From NCBI GenBank assembly GCA_003576755.1, contig QEVT01000006.1:1-60945 (forward strand): a stretch of 60,945 bases of DNA, given 5' to 3'. The notes under the pieces are model-generated. The model had not been told where the DNA came from, made no database searches, and saw only the letters and a program-made list of their open reading frames with translations. This document shows, piece after piece, positions 1 through 22,000 of the stretch; position 1 is the first letter of the stretch; every line of letters begins with the position of its first letter. This DNA is from a bacterium. GTDB lineage: Bacteria; Chloroflexota; Anaerolineae; Epilineales; Epilineaceae. Position numbers and translations under genes: made by a program.

Positions 1-2
1 CG

Positions 3-485
3 GCGGAGGCTCCGGGATCGACGCGCCCGGCCGATCCCCGCGCCGGCCGCGACGACGCCGAGCGCGACGCCGGCGCCGGGGCGAGCGCGCCGGCGGCCGA
101 GCCGATCTCGCTCGCGCGGGTCGAAGCCCGCTGGCCCGACGTGCTGGCGGCGGTCGAGCGGCGCGACCGCAACACGGCTGCGATGCTGAAGGACTGCCGG
201 CCCGTGGCGGCGGGCGACGGGTCGGTGACGCTCGGCTTCTTCTTCGACTTCCACTGCCGGCGCATGTCGGAGCCCGACCGCAAGGCGCTGGTCGTCGCGG
301 CCCTCGAGCCCGTCCTCGGTGCGCGCCTCGACCTCCGCTGCGTCGTCGTGCCGTCGTCGGGCGAGGAGCAGTCGGCGCGGCCGAAGAACAAGACCGATCA
401 GGCCAAGTCGGACCCGGTGGTCCGGCACGCCATCGACGCGCTCGGCGCACGGATCGCAGGCGTGCAGGCCGACGACACCGTCTGA
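3..485 (+). CDS. dnaX: DNA polymerase III subunit gamma/tau, C-terminal end (5' part lies outside the window)
   Basis: Frame 3 is open from the window edge to TGA 483-485. The tail ...ARWPDVLAAVERRDRNTAAMLKDCRPVAAGDGSVTLGFFFDFHCRRM... resembles a DnaX C-terminus. It sits in the conserved dnaX-ybaB-recR gene order. Confidence 0.7.
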   Translation, partial: AEAPGSTRPADPRAGRDDAERDAGAGASAPAAEPISLARVEARWPDVLAAVERRDRNTAAMLKDCRPVAAGDGSVTLGFFFDFHCRRMSEPDRKALVVAALEPVLGARLDLRCVVVPSSGEEQSARPKNKTDQAKSDPVVRHAIDALGARIAGVQADDTV

Positions 486-553
486 GCCGGGGGGCGACCC
501 CGGCCGCGATCGCGATTCAGCCACACCAGACACACCACGCGAGGGAGCACGGC

Positions 554-913
554 ATGGGCAAGGGCAAGGGCGGCGGGTTCGGCGCCGTGGGGCGGCCGGG
601 CGGCGGGCGGAACATGCTGCGCCAGATCGAGGAGATGCAGGCGCGGATGCTGGCCGAGCAGGAGTCGCTGGGCCGCGAGACGGTCGAGGTCTCGGTCGGC
701 GGCGGCGCGGTGGCGGTGGTGATGAACGGCCACCAGAAGCTGCAGTCGGTCGCCATCCGGCCCGAGCTGCTGAGCCCCGACGAGGCCGAGATGCTCTCGG
801 ACCTCATCATCGCCGCGGTCAACGAGGCGGTCGAGCGCTCGCAGGCCATCGCCGGCGAGCGCATGGGCGCGCTGACGCAGGGCCTGGGCCTGCCGCCCGG
901 GCTCGGGCTCTAG
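554..913 (+). CDS. ybaB: YbaB/EbfC family nucleoid-associated DNA-binding protein
   Basis: 119-aa ORF with a GAGGGAG Shine-Dalgarno at 541-547. The sequence NMLRQIEEMQARMLAEQESL...VEVSVGGGAVAVVMNGHQKLQSVAIRPELL...DEAEMLSDLIIAAVNEA is typical of YbaB. Its position between dnaX and recR fits. Confidence 0.9.
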   Translation: MGKGKGGGFGAVGRPGGGRNMLRQIEEMQARMLAEQESLGRETVEVSVGGGAVAVVMNGHQKLQSVAIRPELLSPDEAEMLSDLIIAAVNEAVERSQAIAGERMGALTQGLGLPPGLGL

Positions 914-960
914 CCGGCCGTGGCGCGGGCGGCGGGGCGGGCGGCGGATCGGCCGGCGCG

Positions 961-1572
<612 letters not shown>

Positions 1573-1582
1573 GCGCCCCCCT

Positions 1583-1879
1583 TCACGCCCGGCGCGAGCG
1601 CGGCGCGGCCCGGCAGCGATACGCCCACGCCACCACCTGGTAGGCCTGGTGGAAGCCCGTGCTGGCGTAGATCTCGCCGAGGATGCGGTTGACGGTGCTG
1701 CGGCTGTAGCCGATGCGGTCCGCCACCGCGTCGCGCGGCAGCCCCTCGCACAGCGCGAGCACCACCTCCCACTCGCGCGCGTCCAAGAGCCCCGGCGACG
1801 GGTCCCCAGCCCCCGGGCCGGCCGTGGCGGCCGCCGACGCCGTGGAGCGCCAACCGGCGGCGCTGGGTCCATGGCCCAT
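1583..1879 (-). CDS. Small stand-alone LuxR/GerE-type helix-turn-helix transcriptional regulator
   Basis: 98-aa ORF with a GGAGGG Shine-Dalgarno 6 nt upstream of ATG 1879. The C-terminal LDAREWEVVLALCEGLPRDAVADRIGYSRSTVNRILGEIYASTG matches the GerE/LuxR HTH pattern. No receiver or ligand-binding domain is present. It is convergent with recR, with 10 nt between the stop codons. Confidence 0.7.
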   Translation of the reverse strand: MGHGPSAAGWRSTASAAATAGPGAGDPSPGLLDAREWEVVLALCEGLPRDAVADRIGYSRSTVNRILGEIYASTGFHQAYQVVAWAYRCRAAPRSRRA

Positions 1880-2106
1880 CTCGATCCCTCCATCCCCAAT
1901 GCGGCAAGTCGGTCCGATGCCGCGATGATCGCCGCACGCCCGACGCGCCGGTCACAGGACCGTCACAAGCCCGCCGCCCCGCCTGCCTGCAATCGCCGCA
2001 CGGGGCGCGGCGAGCGCGCCACGGCCCCCCCGGATCCCGCGCTTCCCGCGGTCCCGCCCCCGCCCGGTTGACCCGCCCACGGGGGAGGGATAGACTGGCC
2101 GGCGCC

Positions 2107-3054
2107 ATGCCCCACGCCTACGTCTCGCTGGCCCCGCTCCTGCCCGCGCTCGGCCTCACCGGCCCGCTCGACTGGGCGGCCGAGTTCGGCCGCGCCGCGC
2201 CGGTGGACCTCGAGATCGGCAGCGGCAACGGCGAGTACCTCGTGCAACGCGCGCGCGCGGCGCCGGAGCGCAACGTCGTCGGGCTCGAGCTCTTGTGGGG
2301 TCGGGTGAAGAAGACCCTGCGCAAGATCGGCCTGGCGGGCGTGCCCAACGCGCGCGTGCTGTACGGCGACGCCCACCTGGCGCTCGACCGCCTGATCCCC
2401 CCGGCCAGCCTGGCGTGCGCCTACGCGCTCTTCCCGTGCCCGTGGCCGAGCAGCGAGACCGACCGGCGGCGGCTGTTCGGGCACGCGTTCCTGCGCCTGC
2501 TCAACAGCCGGCTGGCGCCGGACGGGACGGCGTTCGTCGTCACCGACGACCGCCCGTACCACGACTGGGTGCTCGCGCAGGTGCCGGGCACCGGCTTCCG
2601 GGCGACGACGCGCCTCGTGGGGCCCGACCACGCCACCAAGTTCGAGCGCAAGTGGCACGCCGGCGGCCAGACCGCCTTCCACCGGATCGACCTCGTCAAG
2701 CGCGAGCACCTCGCGCTGCCCCTCAAGGAGGCCACGCCGATGCGCACCCACCTCGTCGCGCGCTTCGACCCCGCGCGCCTGGCCATGCGCGACGCGCACG
2801 CCGACGACGTCCGCGTGCGCATGAAGGGGTTCCTCTTCGACCCGCTGCAGGCGGTGGGGATGGTGCATGTGGTGGTGGTCGAGGAACGGCTGAAACAAGA
2901 CCTGTGGGTCGAGATCGTCCCGGCCACGGGCGGCTGGCGCATCCAACCCGCGCGCGGGTGCAACGCCGTCATGACCGACGGCGTGCAGATGGCGCTCGAC
3001 CTGGTGCTGGCGGCATGCGAGGGGGCGGCCGGCCGGGGGGACGGACCTGCGTGA
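2107..3054 (+). CDS. trmB: tRNA (guanine-N7)-methyltransferase, long form with a ~100-aa C-terminal extension
   Basis: ATG at 2107. The SAM-binding core reads VDLEIGSGNGEYLVQRARAAPERNVVGLEL...LFPCPWPSSETDRRRLF...LAPDGTAFVVTDD. An extra C-terminal region of unknown function begins after about nt 2750. Confidence 0.88.
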   Translation: MPHAYVSLAPLLPALGLTGPLDWAAEFGRAAPVDLEIGSGNGEYLVQRARAAPERNVVGLELLWGRVKKTLRKIGLAGVPNARVLYGDAHLALDRLIPPASLACAYALFPCPWPSSETDRRRLFGHAFLRLLNSRLAPDGTAFVVTDDRPYHDWVLAQVPGTGFRATTRLVGPDHATKFERKWHAGGQTAFHRIDLVKREHLALPLKEATPMRTHLVARFDPARLAMRDAHADDVRVRMKGFLFDPLQAVGMVHVVVVEERLKQDLWVEIVPATGGWRIQPARGCNAVMTDGVQMALDLVLAACEGAAGRGDGPA

Positions 3055-3169
3055 TCGGCGGCCGTCGGCCGGGCGTCGGGCATGCATGGGGCGGGCGACC
3101 AGCACCGGCCGGCGCGGCCGGGTAGAATGGGCTCGCAATCGTGGATTCTCCTCCTCCTCACGAGGTCCA

Positions 3170-3198
3170 GGGCCGGGCGCAGCCGCTGCGCTCGGCCC
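3170..3198. terminator. GC-rich 13-bp stem / 3-nt loop hairpin between convergent trmB and the thioesterase gene
   Basis: GGGCCGGGCGCAG-ccg-CTGCGCTCGGCCC pairs 3170-3182 with 3186-3198. On the plus transcript there is one G.U pair. No U-tract follows on either strand, so the terminator function is tentative. Confidence 0.3.
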
Positions 3199-3323
3199 TG
3201 TGCCGTCGGGGCGATCGTCGCATGCCTCACCCCGAGGCGCCGGAGACCGTCGTCGGTGCTCTCGCCGGGCCGCTCACGGCGACGGCGCGGGACCGGCGGC
3301 CGCGCCGCCGGCGCGGCATCCCC

Positions 3324-4124
3324 TCACACGTCGAGCGCGCCGAGGTCGGCCGCGACCGCGGCGATGACCCCGCTGCCTTCGGGCTGCAGGAAGAAGTGCC
3401 CGCCGGTGAAGACACGCACATCGAAGGCGCCGGTCGTCTGGTCTGCCCAGGCCTCGAGGTCCGTGCGGCCGACCTCGCGGTCGTCGCGGCCGCCGAACGC
3501 CGCGATGGGCGCCCTGAGCGGCGGCTCGGGGGCATAGCGGTAGCTCGCCATCACCGCGACATCGGCGCGCAGGATGGGAAGGAACAGCGCGAGCAGCTCG
3601 GGGTCGGCCAATATGGCCTCGGGGATGCCGTCGTACCGCCTGCGCAGCTCGGCCACCAGCTCGGCATCGGGGAGCCGGTGCAGCGGCGGAAAGCGTTCCG
3701 GGAGGTGCGGGGCACGCCGGGCCGCCACCGCGAGATAGGCCGGCTCGATCCCATGGCCACGGCGCAGCGCACGCGCCAGCTCGAAGCCGATCAACGCGCC
3801 CAGGCTGTAGCCGAAGATCGCCAGCGGCTTGTCGAGCAGCGGCGCACAGGCCGCGGTCAGACCGGCCACCAGCGGATCCAACCGTACGGCCGCCGGTTCG
3901 CGAAACCGGCCTTCGCGTCCCGGGAGCTGCGCCAGGCGGACCTCGATCGTGGCCGGCATGGCGCGCGGCCACGCGCGATAGACCGACGCGCCAACGCCGG
4001 CATACGGGATGCAGAGCAGCCGCATCGCCGCGGCCGGCCGCGGTGCCGGGCACGTGAGCCAGGCGCCCGCGGCGACGGCCGGGGCGCTCTGCGCTTTCGG
4101 GGCGGCAGAGTCGGTCGCGGTCAT
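3324..4124 (-). CDS. Type II (editing) thioesterase, last gene of the cluster
   Basis: ATG 4124 overlaps the GT stop (ATGA at 4121-4124). Motifs include LLCIPYAGVGASVY, the nucleophile elbow GYSLGA and the C-terminal GGHFFL. Only the last 266 aa of ORF 3324..5216 are considered real. Confidence 0.88.
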   Translation of the reverse strand: MTATDSAAPKAQSAPAVAAGAWLTCPAPRPAAAMRLLCIPYAGVGASVYRAWPRAMPATIEVRLAQLPGREGRFREPAAVRLDPLVAGLTAACAPLLDKPLAIFGYSLGALIGFELARALRRGHGIEPAYLAVAARRAPHLPERFPPLHRLPDAELVAELRRRYDGIPEAILADPELLALFLPILRADVAVMASYRYAPEPPLRAPIAAFGGRDDREVGRTDLEAWADQTTGAFDVRVFTGGHFFLQPEGSGVIAAVAADLGALDV

Positions 4125-5398
4125 GGGGGTGTCCTGATCCCGGATCGTGGTGCATCGGGCCGAGCCTGCACCGCCGCCGCCTCGCACAACGCCGCGAGCT
4201 GCCCGGCGCTGACGCGCCACACCCAATGCCTTTCGGCATAGCGCCGCCCTGCGGTCGCCAACGCGGCGCGGCGTTCCGGCGCGTTCAGCAGGTCGACCAC
4301 CGCGGCGGCGAACGCTCCGGGGTCGGCCTCGGACGTCACCACCGGCGGCGGGTCGTGGTCCTCGATCCGCAATCCCTCCGCCACCACGGGCGTCGTCACC
4401 ACCGGCAGCCCCATCGCCATGGCTTCCTGGACCTTGTTCTGCAGGCCCGAGGCGTAGCGCAGCGGCGCGACGAACACCGTCGCGGCGGTCAGGTGCGGCC
4501 GCAGGTCGTCGACGAACCCCGTCACCATCACCGTCGGATCTCCCGCCGCACGCGCCACGAGATCCGGTGTGGGATCGCGTCCCGCAATGCAGACCTCGAC
4601 GTCCGAGGTCATGTCGCGGATGCGCGGCAGGATCGCGCCGACCAGCAACCGGGCGGCATCGTCGTTTGGGGCGTAGCTCATCACCCCGCTCAGCACCAGC
4701 CGCCGCGGGTGGGGCGCGATGCCCGGCGCCCGCCGCCAGTACGCGAGGTCGACCCCGTTCGGGATGACCGCCGTGACGTCCGCCGGCCCGGCTCCGACCC
4801 CCGGGCCGAGGATCGCGGCGCGATCGCGGGCGGAGATGAACGACAAGTACGGTGTCGCGGCGACCGCGCGCCGCTCCATCCGCCGCACCGCGACCCGCTG
4901 GAGCGCGAGGAGCATGCGCTTGCGCCAGCCGACGCAGCCCATCCGCATCCCGATGCGCAGCGAGCCCGCGTCGCAGAAGTCGAGCACCAACGGCACCCGC
5001 CCTCGGCCCGCGACGACGCCGAGCAGGTTCTTGCCGTGGAGGAGGACGACGTCGTGCGCGCCGGCGTCGGCGATGGCTGCGTCGAACGCCCGGCGCATCG
5101 CGCGCGTCGCAGCGCCGAAGCGCGCGATGCGCGCCGACCTGCGTCCCAGGCTTGTCGGCTTGCCCTCGGTCGGATCGTTGGATGGCGCCGACGTCCGGCC
5201 GACGGGCACCGGCCACGTCGCCATGCGTTCGGTGTACCCTTCGATCTCGGCCATCACGTCGGGCGGGACGGGCTGGTCGGTCAACGTGAGCAGCGTGATC
5301 GCGTGATCGTGCGCCAGCTCGCGCAGGAAGTGGTAATGCCGGTTCGGCCCGCGGAGGCGCGGGTGCTGCAGCATGAACGTGACGTAGAGGATGCGCAT
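4121..5398 (-). CDS. GT-B fold (group 1 / GT4-like) glycosyltransferase
   Basis: 425 aa. The N-terminus reads MRILYVTFMLQHPRLRGPNRHYHFLRELAHDHAITLLTL. The C-terminal donor-binding segment reads YASGLQNKVQEAMAMGLPVVTT. The ATG at 5398 directly abuts the upstream stop (5399-5401). Confidence 0.85.
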   Translation of the reverse strand: MRILYVTFMLQHPRLRGPNRHYHFLRELAHDHAITLLTLTDQPVPPDVMAEIEGYTERMATWPVPVGRTSAPSNDPTEGKPTSLGRRSARIARFGAATRAMRRAFDAAIADAGAHDVVLLHGKNLLGVVAGRGRVPLVLDFCDAGSLRIGMRMGCVGWRKRMLLALQRVAVRRMERRAVAATPYLSFISARDRAAILGPGVGAGPADVTAVIPNGVDLAYWRRAPGIAPHPRRLVLSGVMSYAPNDDAARLLVGAILPRIRDMTSDVEVCIAGRDPTPDLVARAAGDPTVMVTGFVDDLRPHLTAATVFVAPLRYASGLQNKVQEAMAMGLPVVTTPVVAEGLRIEDHDPPPVVTSEADPGAFAAAVVDLLNAPERRAALATAGRRYAERHWVWRVSAGQLAALCEAAAVQARPDAPRSGIRTPP

Positions 5399-6310
5399 TC
5401 AGCCCACGCCAGGCGAATCGCGTTCAGGAGCGGCGCGACTGCCCTCGAAGCGGGCCATCCACGCCGAGCAGGCGTCGACGAGCCGCGCCTGGGACGTCAG
5501 GCGCGTGAACACGTGATCGGCCCCCTCGACCACCTCGACGGCAAACCGGCCCGTGGCCAACCAGCGCGGCAGGTCCGCACCGCTCCGCACGTGCAGGAAG
5601 TCCAGGCCGACATCGGCTTCGCTGAAGACCATCAGAACCTCGAAGCCACGGTCGAGAAGGGTGTCCAGCACCGGCGCCCCCCCGCCGCGATCGGCCACCG
5701 CGGGCGCCGCCGGGTGCACCCGCCGTGCGCGCCGCGTCTGATATGCCGCCTTCCAGCGTTCGAGGTCCGGCGCGATGCGGCTCGGTCGAAGCGCGCCGCG
5801 CGGGTTCAGCACGATCACCTTCCAGTAGTGTCGGAAGAGCTTGCGGGTGTACGCCCGCGCCGTGGTCCACCGGTCATGCTGGGGGCCGCGGACGTTGATC
5901 AGCACGGTCCCGACCACCCGCGCATCATCCAGTCCGGCGCGGAGGGCCGTCGCGGCGCCCGAGCAGAGGCCCAGGAGCACGAAGCGTCGCAGCCCACGAA
6001 CGGCGCCGAGGAATGCCATGGCCTCGCGGGTCTCTGCCACCACGCTCTGCCGAAAGGGCGCATGGTCCTCCCGGACGGCGCTGTCGCCAATGCCCGAGAA
6101 GTCGAAGCGCAGGACGGTGAAGCCCTCCGCGGCCAGGCGCCGGGCAAGCTTGACGTGGAGGCGGTTGGGGCCCACATGGTGAATCCGCCCGGCATCGAGG
6201 ATGATGACGGCTGGCCGGTCGGCCGCCGCCGGGACGGGATCGGGCTCGGCGAGGACGCCCACGAGCGCGGCGTGGTGCCCGAACAGCACGGCGGTCTCGA
6301 TCATGGGCAC
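5399..6310 (-). CDS. Alpha/beta-hydrolase fold protein with a cysteine at the nucleophile elbow (G-L-C-S-G)
   Basis: 303 aa. It contains FTVLRFDFSGIGDS and the elbow LLGLCSGAATAL, with the Cys codon at 5963-5965. A C-terminal EGADHVF is a His candidate for the triad. The second Met (6304) forms an ATGA overlap with the upstream stop, so the start is 6310 or 6304. Confidence 0.8.
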   Translation of the reverse strand: MPMIETAVLFGHHAALVGVLAEPDPVPAAADRPAVIILDAGRIHHVGPNRLHVKLARRLAAEGFTVLRFDFSGIGDSAVREDHAPFRQSVVAETREAMAFLGAVRGLRRFVLLGLCSGAATALRAGLDDARVVGTVLINVRGPQHDRWTTARAYTRKLFRHYWKVIVLNPRGALRPSRIAPDLERWKAAYQTRRARRVHPAAPAVADRGGGAPVLDTLLDRGFEVLMVFSEADVGLDFLHVRSGADLPRWLATGRFAVEVVEGADHVFTRLTSQARLVDACSAWMARFEGSRAAPERDSPGVG

Positions 6311-7172
6311 TGCTCGACCAACCAGGCCGTGATCGCCTTCAGCACGGCGTGCGGGACGAGCACCTTGTTGATGTCCTCGATCCAGATCGATGGGGTGTCG
6401 ATCGACACGACGTCGACGCGCGACCCGAGCTCCGTCAGGTGGCCGCGCAGCCGTCCGAGATCCGTGGGCACGCCCGTATCCACGACGAAGACCCGCGGGC
6501 CGGGTGGGGCGGGAAGCGCCAACAGGTCGAGTGCGGCCAGATCGGACCGGAGCGCCGCGGGCAGTCCGAAGCCGAGCACCTCCGCCACCGGCTCACCGGC
6601 CGGCGGCGCTTTCACCGGCACCGGGAACGACCGCATGCGCGCCCGATGCCGGGCCGCCAGGTCGTCCAGGTAGACCGCGCCGTCGACCACCGGGTCCCAC
6701 AGGACAAGGCCGTCGACGCCGCCGCCGTCGACCGCGGCCTGGGCTGCCAGCGATGCCCCCAGACGCAGACCGACCAGCGCGACGGATGCCACCCCGCTGC
6801 GGGCACGGAGCACGTCCATCGCGCTCACCGCATCCTCGCGCCAGCGCTCCAACCGACCATCGCTGTCGCCGCCGGCGGCGTCGCCGGTGCCGTACCAGTC
6901 AAACCGCAGGCAATGGAACCCGGCACGGACCAGTTGGCCGGCCAGTTGTTTGAGGGCGCGGTGGGCGCGAATCGACTCCTGGCCGACCGGCCCGCAGATC
7001 ACGATCCCGGTGCGTCGCCCTGGGTGCATCGGCGGCCGGTGGTGGCAGCCGAACAGCGCCCCGCCCGGTGTCCCGAAGAACAGCGGCACGCACTCGGGCT
7101 CTGCGCCGCCACCCGTCCCGGGGCGGGCGACGAGGGCTGGGCGCACGAACGGGGCCGGGCGGGGCGGGTCGA

Positions 7173-7176
<4 letters not shown>
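6301..7176 (-). CDS. Alpha/beta-hydrolase fold paralogue lacking a nucleophile (G-L-R-L-G)
   Basis: GTG 7176 overlaps the NRPS stop (GTGA at 7173-7176). It contains FHCLRFDWYGTGDA and the elbow VALVGLRLGASLA. The Arg codon at 6763-6765 sits where Ser or Cys is expected. It aligns with the downstream hydrolase across the core. Confidence 0.75.
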
Positions 7177-19011
<11,835 letters not shown>

Positions 19012-19054
19012 CGCCGTCCCCGGGGCGCGGCCGCGCCGCACACGATGCGCACCA

Positions 19055-22000
19055 TCAGCCGTAACCCGCCTGCTCGAGCTCGTCGAGGAGCGATGCCTCC
19101 GCCTCGGCTTCGGTCAGGGCGGCGACGGCGCCGGCGATGGCGGTCGCGTCGGCCTCGGCGGCGACCGCGCCGCCGACGGCATGGCCGTTGGGCCCGCCGG
19201 CGCCGGGCGCCGCCGGGCCCGTCGGGCCCGCGGCGAAGACCTCGGCGGCGAGGAACTCGGCCAGGGCGGTGACGGTGGGGTACTCGAAGGCCAGCGTCGA
19301 CGGCAGCTTGTGGCCGAGGCTGCGCTGCAGGCGGTTGCTCAGCTCGACCGCCGTCAGCGAGTCCATGCCCATGTCGGACAGACCCTGCTGCGGGTCGAGC
19401 GGCTGCGACGGGTCCAGCGCGAGCACGCCGGCGATGTGCCCGTTGAGGTGCGCCAGGAGCAGGCCGTATCGGTCGGCCGGCGCGGCGGCCTCGATCTCCG
19501 CGCGGATGGTCGCCCCGGGCGCCGGCCGATCGACGGACGGCCCGGTGGGTCGATCGGCCGGCCGGGCGGGCCGCATGACGTCGCGCAGCATCGGCGGCAC
19601 GCGAGCCGGGGCGGCGGCCGATGGCGCCGGCGCGTCCCAGCGCATCGGCAGCACCGCGACCTGGGTGGCGTCGGCGGCGACCAACCGTTCGAGGATGGCC
19701 ACCCCCTCGTCTGGCCGGATCAGGCGCATGCCCTGCTGCCGCCAGCGCTCGCGGTCGCGCTCGCCCAGAGCCGCCGCCATGCCGACGTCCGCCCAGGGCC
19801 CCCAGTTGACGCTGAGCGCGGTCAGGCCCTGGCCGCGCCGGTGGTGCGCCAGCGCGTCGAGGAACGCGTTGGCGGCGGCGTAGTTGCCTTGCCCGGCCGA
19901 TCCGAGCACGGCGCCGCCGGTGGAGAAGAGCACGAAGAAGTCCAGCGGCAGGTCACGCGATCGCAGGTGCAGGTTCCAGGCGCCGGCCACCTTGGGCGCC
20001 ATCACCGGCGCGAAGCGCGGCCACGATTGCTGGGCGAGCATCCCGTCGTCGAGCACGCCGGCCGCGTGGATGATGCCGCGGAGGGACGGCAACCCGGCCG
20101 CGATCTGCCCGAAGATCCGGTCGACGTCCTCGCCGCGCGCGACGTCGCCGGTGGCGACGACGACCTCGACCCCGCGTGCCGCGAGGGCGTCGATGGCCGC
20201 CTGTGCCGCTTCAGATGGACCGTTCCGGCTCGTGAGGACGACGTGGCGCGCCCCGCGGTCCGCCAGCCATTCGGCCACCTTCAGGCCGAGGCCGCCCAGG
20301 CCGCCGGTGACGAGGTAGGTGGCGTCGGGGTGGATCGCGGCGCCGCCGGCGGCCTGCACGGTCCCGTCCTCCGCCGCGTGCGTCAGCACCACCTTGCCGA
20401 TGTGTCGGGCCTGGGCCATGTAGCGGAAGGCGTCCGGGGCCCGGGCAATCGGGAAGGCCTTCAGCGGCAGCGGCCGGAGCGTGCCGGCCTCGAACAGGGC
20501 GATCAGCCGACGCATCATGCCGCGCACGCGCTCGGGGTCGGCGTGCAGCACCGCGCCGAGGTCGTACAGGTGGTAGCGCAGCGTCGGGTTGAGCGCGGCG
20601 ACCTGTTCGGCCGTCCACACGCCGCGCTTGCCGATCTCAAGGAAGCGGCCGCCTGCGGCAAGCACGCCCAGGCTCTTGGGGATGAACGCGTCGGCCAGCG
20701 CGTTGAGGACGATCGTGACGCCCCGGCCGCCGGTCAGGGCCATGACCTCGTCGGCAAAGTCGAGCGTGCGCGAGCTCATGACGTGGGCAACGCCGAGCGA
20801 CCGGAGGAACGCCTGCTTCTCGTGGTTGCCGGCCGTGCCGTAGACCTCCGCACCGGCCTGCAGCGCGATCTGCACCGCCGCCAGGCCGACGCCGCCGGCC
20901 GCGGCGTGGACGAGCACCCGGTCGCCCGGCCCGATGCCGGCCAGCTCGTGCAGCCCATACCACGCCGTCAGGAAGTTGATGGGGATGGTCGCCGCTTCGG
21001 CGAGGCCGAGGTTGGCGGGCGTGCGAAAGGCCACGGCCGCCGGAACGGTCACGTGCGACGCGAATGCCCCTGGTGCGAGGGCGATCACCGCGTCGCCCAC
21101 CGCCAGGTCCGTGACCCTCGCGCCGACCGCCACCACCACCCCGGCGCACTCGCCGCCGATCGGCCCCGGATCGCCGGGATACATGCCCAGGGCGTTGAGG
21201 ACGTCGCGGAAGTTCAGCCCGCTGACCCGCACCGCGATCTCCACCTCGCCCGACCCCGGCGCGCGCCGCTCGAGGGGACGGACGACCAGGTTGTCCAGCA
21301 CGCCGCGCTCGGTGATGCCAAGGGTGTACGGTCCGGGCGGCAGCCCCTCGTGCTCCGCCGCCTTCGACGCGCCCATGGGCGCGAGGCGCGCCGCGTACCG
21401 CGTGCCGTCGCGAAGGGCGACCTGGTCCTCGTCGTCCGAGGCATGGATCGCGTCGAGCAGCTGCGCGGCTCCCTGTTCGGCATCGGCGGCGGGATCGAGG
21501 TCCACGCACACGCACCGCAGCTCGGGGTGCTCGAGCATGGCCGTGCGGCCCAGGCCCCACAGCGGCGCCTGCGCGGGCGCGCGGACCGCCCGATCGGTCC
21601 CGGCCGCCTGGGCCCCGCGCGTCACCAGCCACAGCGGCGGCGACGCCGGTGGCATGGATGGGCCGGCCGCCTGCGCGGCCAGGGCCTGCACGAGGTGCAG
21701 GGCGCCGCCGCACAGGCGCGGGTCGGCAGCGGCCGAGTCGGCGTCGGCTTCGCCGGAGGCCAGGTCCAACGACCACAGGTACACCACGCCGCGGAGCGGC
21801 CGCGAGCCGACGCCGGCGTCCTCGACAAGCAGCCGCCGGAAGTCGTCCATCCGCAGCGGATCGATGCGGTAGCCGTCGGGCTGCGCCTGCCACCCGTCGG
21901 CCACACGAACGACGGTGCACGTCTGTCCGGCCGCCAACAGCCGTGCGACCAGCGCGTCGGCCACGCCGGCGCCGTCGGCGAAGACGAGCCAGCGGCCCGG

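Noticed and set aside
486-504. A short hairpin GCCGGGG-ggcga-CCCCGGC directly after the dnaX stop.
   Set aside because: The stem is only 7 bp, no U-tract follows, and ybaB is normally co-transcribed with dnaX. This is probably incidental in GC-rich DNA.
3055-3323. A possible small gene or sRNA in the trmB/TEII convergent spacer. Cues are TAGAAT at 3123-3128, a GAGGAGGAGGAG run on the minus strand at 3147-3158, and ORFs 3086..3367 and 3141..4241.
   Set aside because: No start codon is suitably spaced from the SD-like run. The ORF translations are Arg/Pro-rich with no motifs. Only the hairpin at 3170-3198 is retained, as a tentative terminator.
3324-5216. A 630-aa ORF extending the thioesterase far upstream. 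ORF 6301..7389 similarly extends hydrolase 2, and ORF 59569..60357 extends the sigma factor.
   Set aside because: The N-terminal extensions overlap better-supported genes in other frames, or intergenic DNA, and lack motifs. The internal starts (4124, 7176, 59815) coincide with stop-start overlaps or a Shine-Dalgarno.
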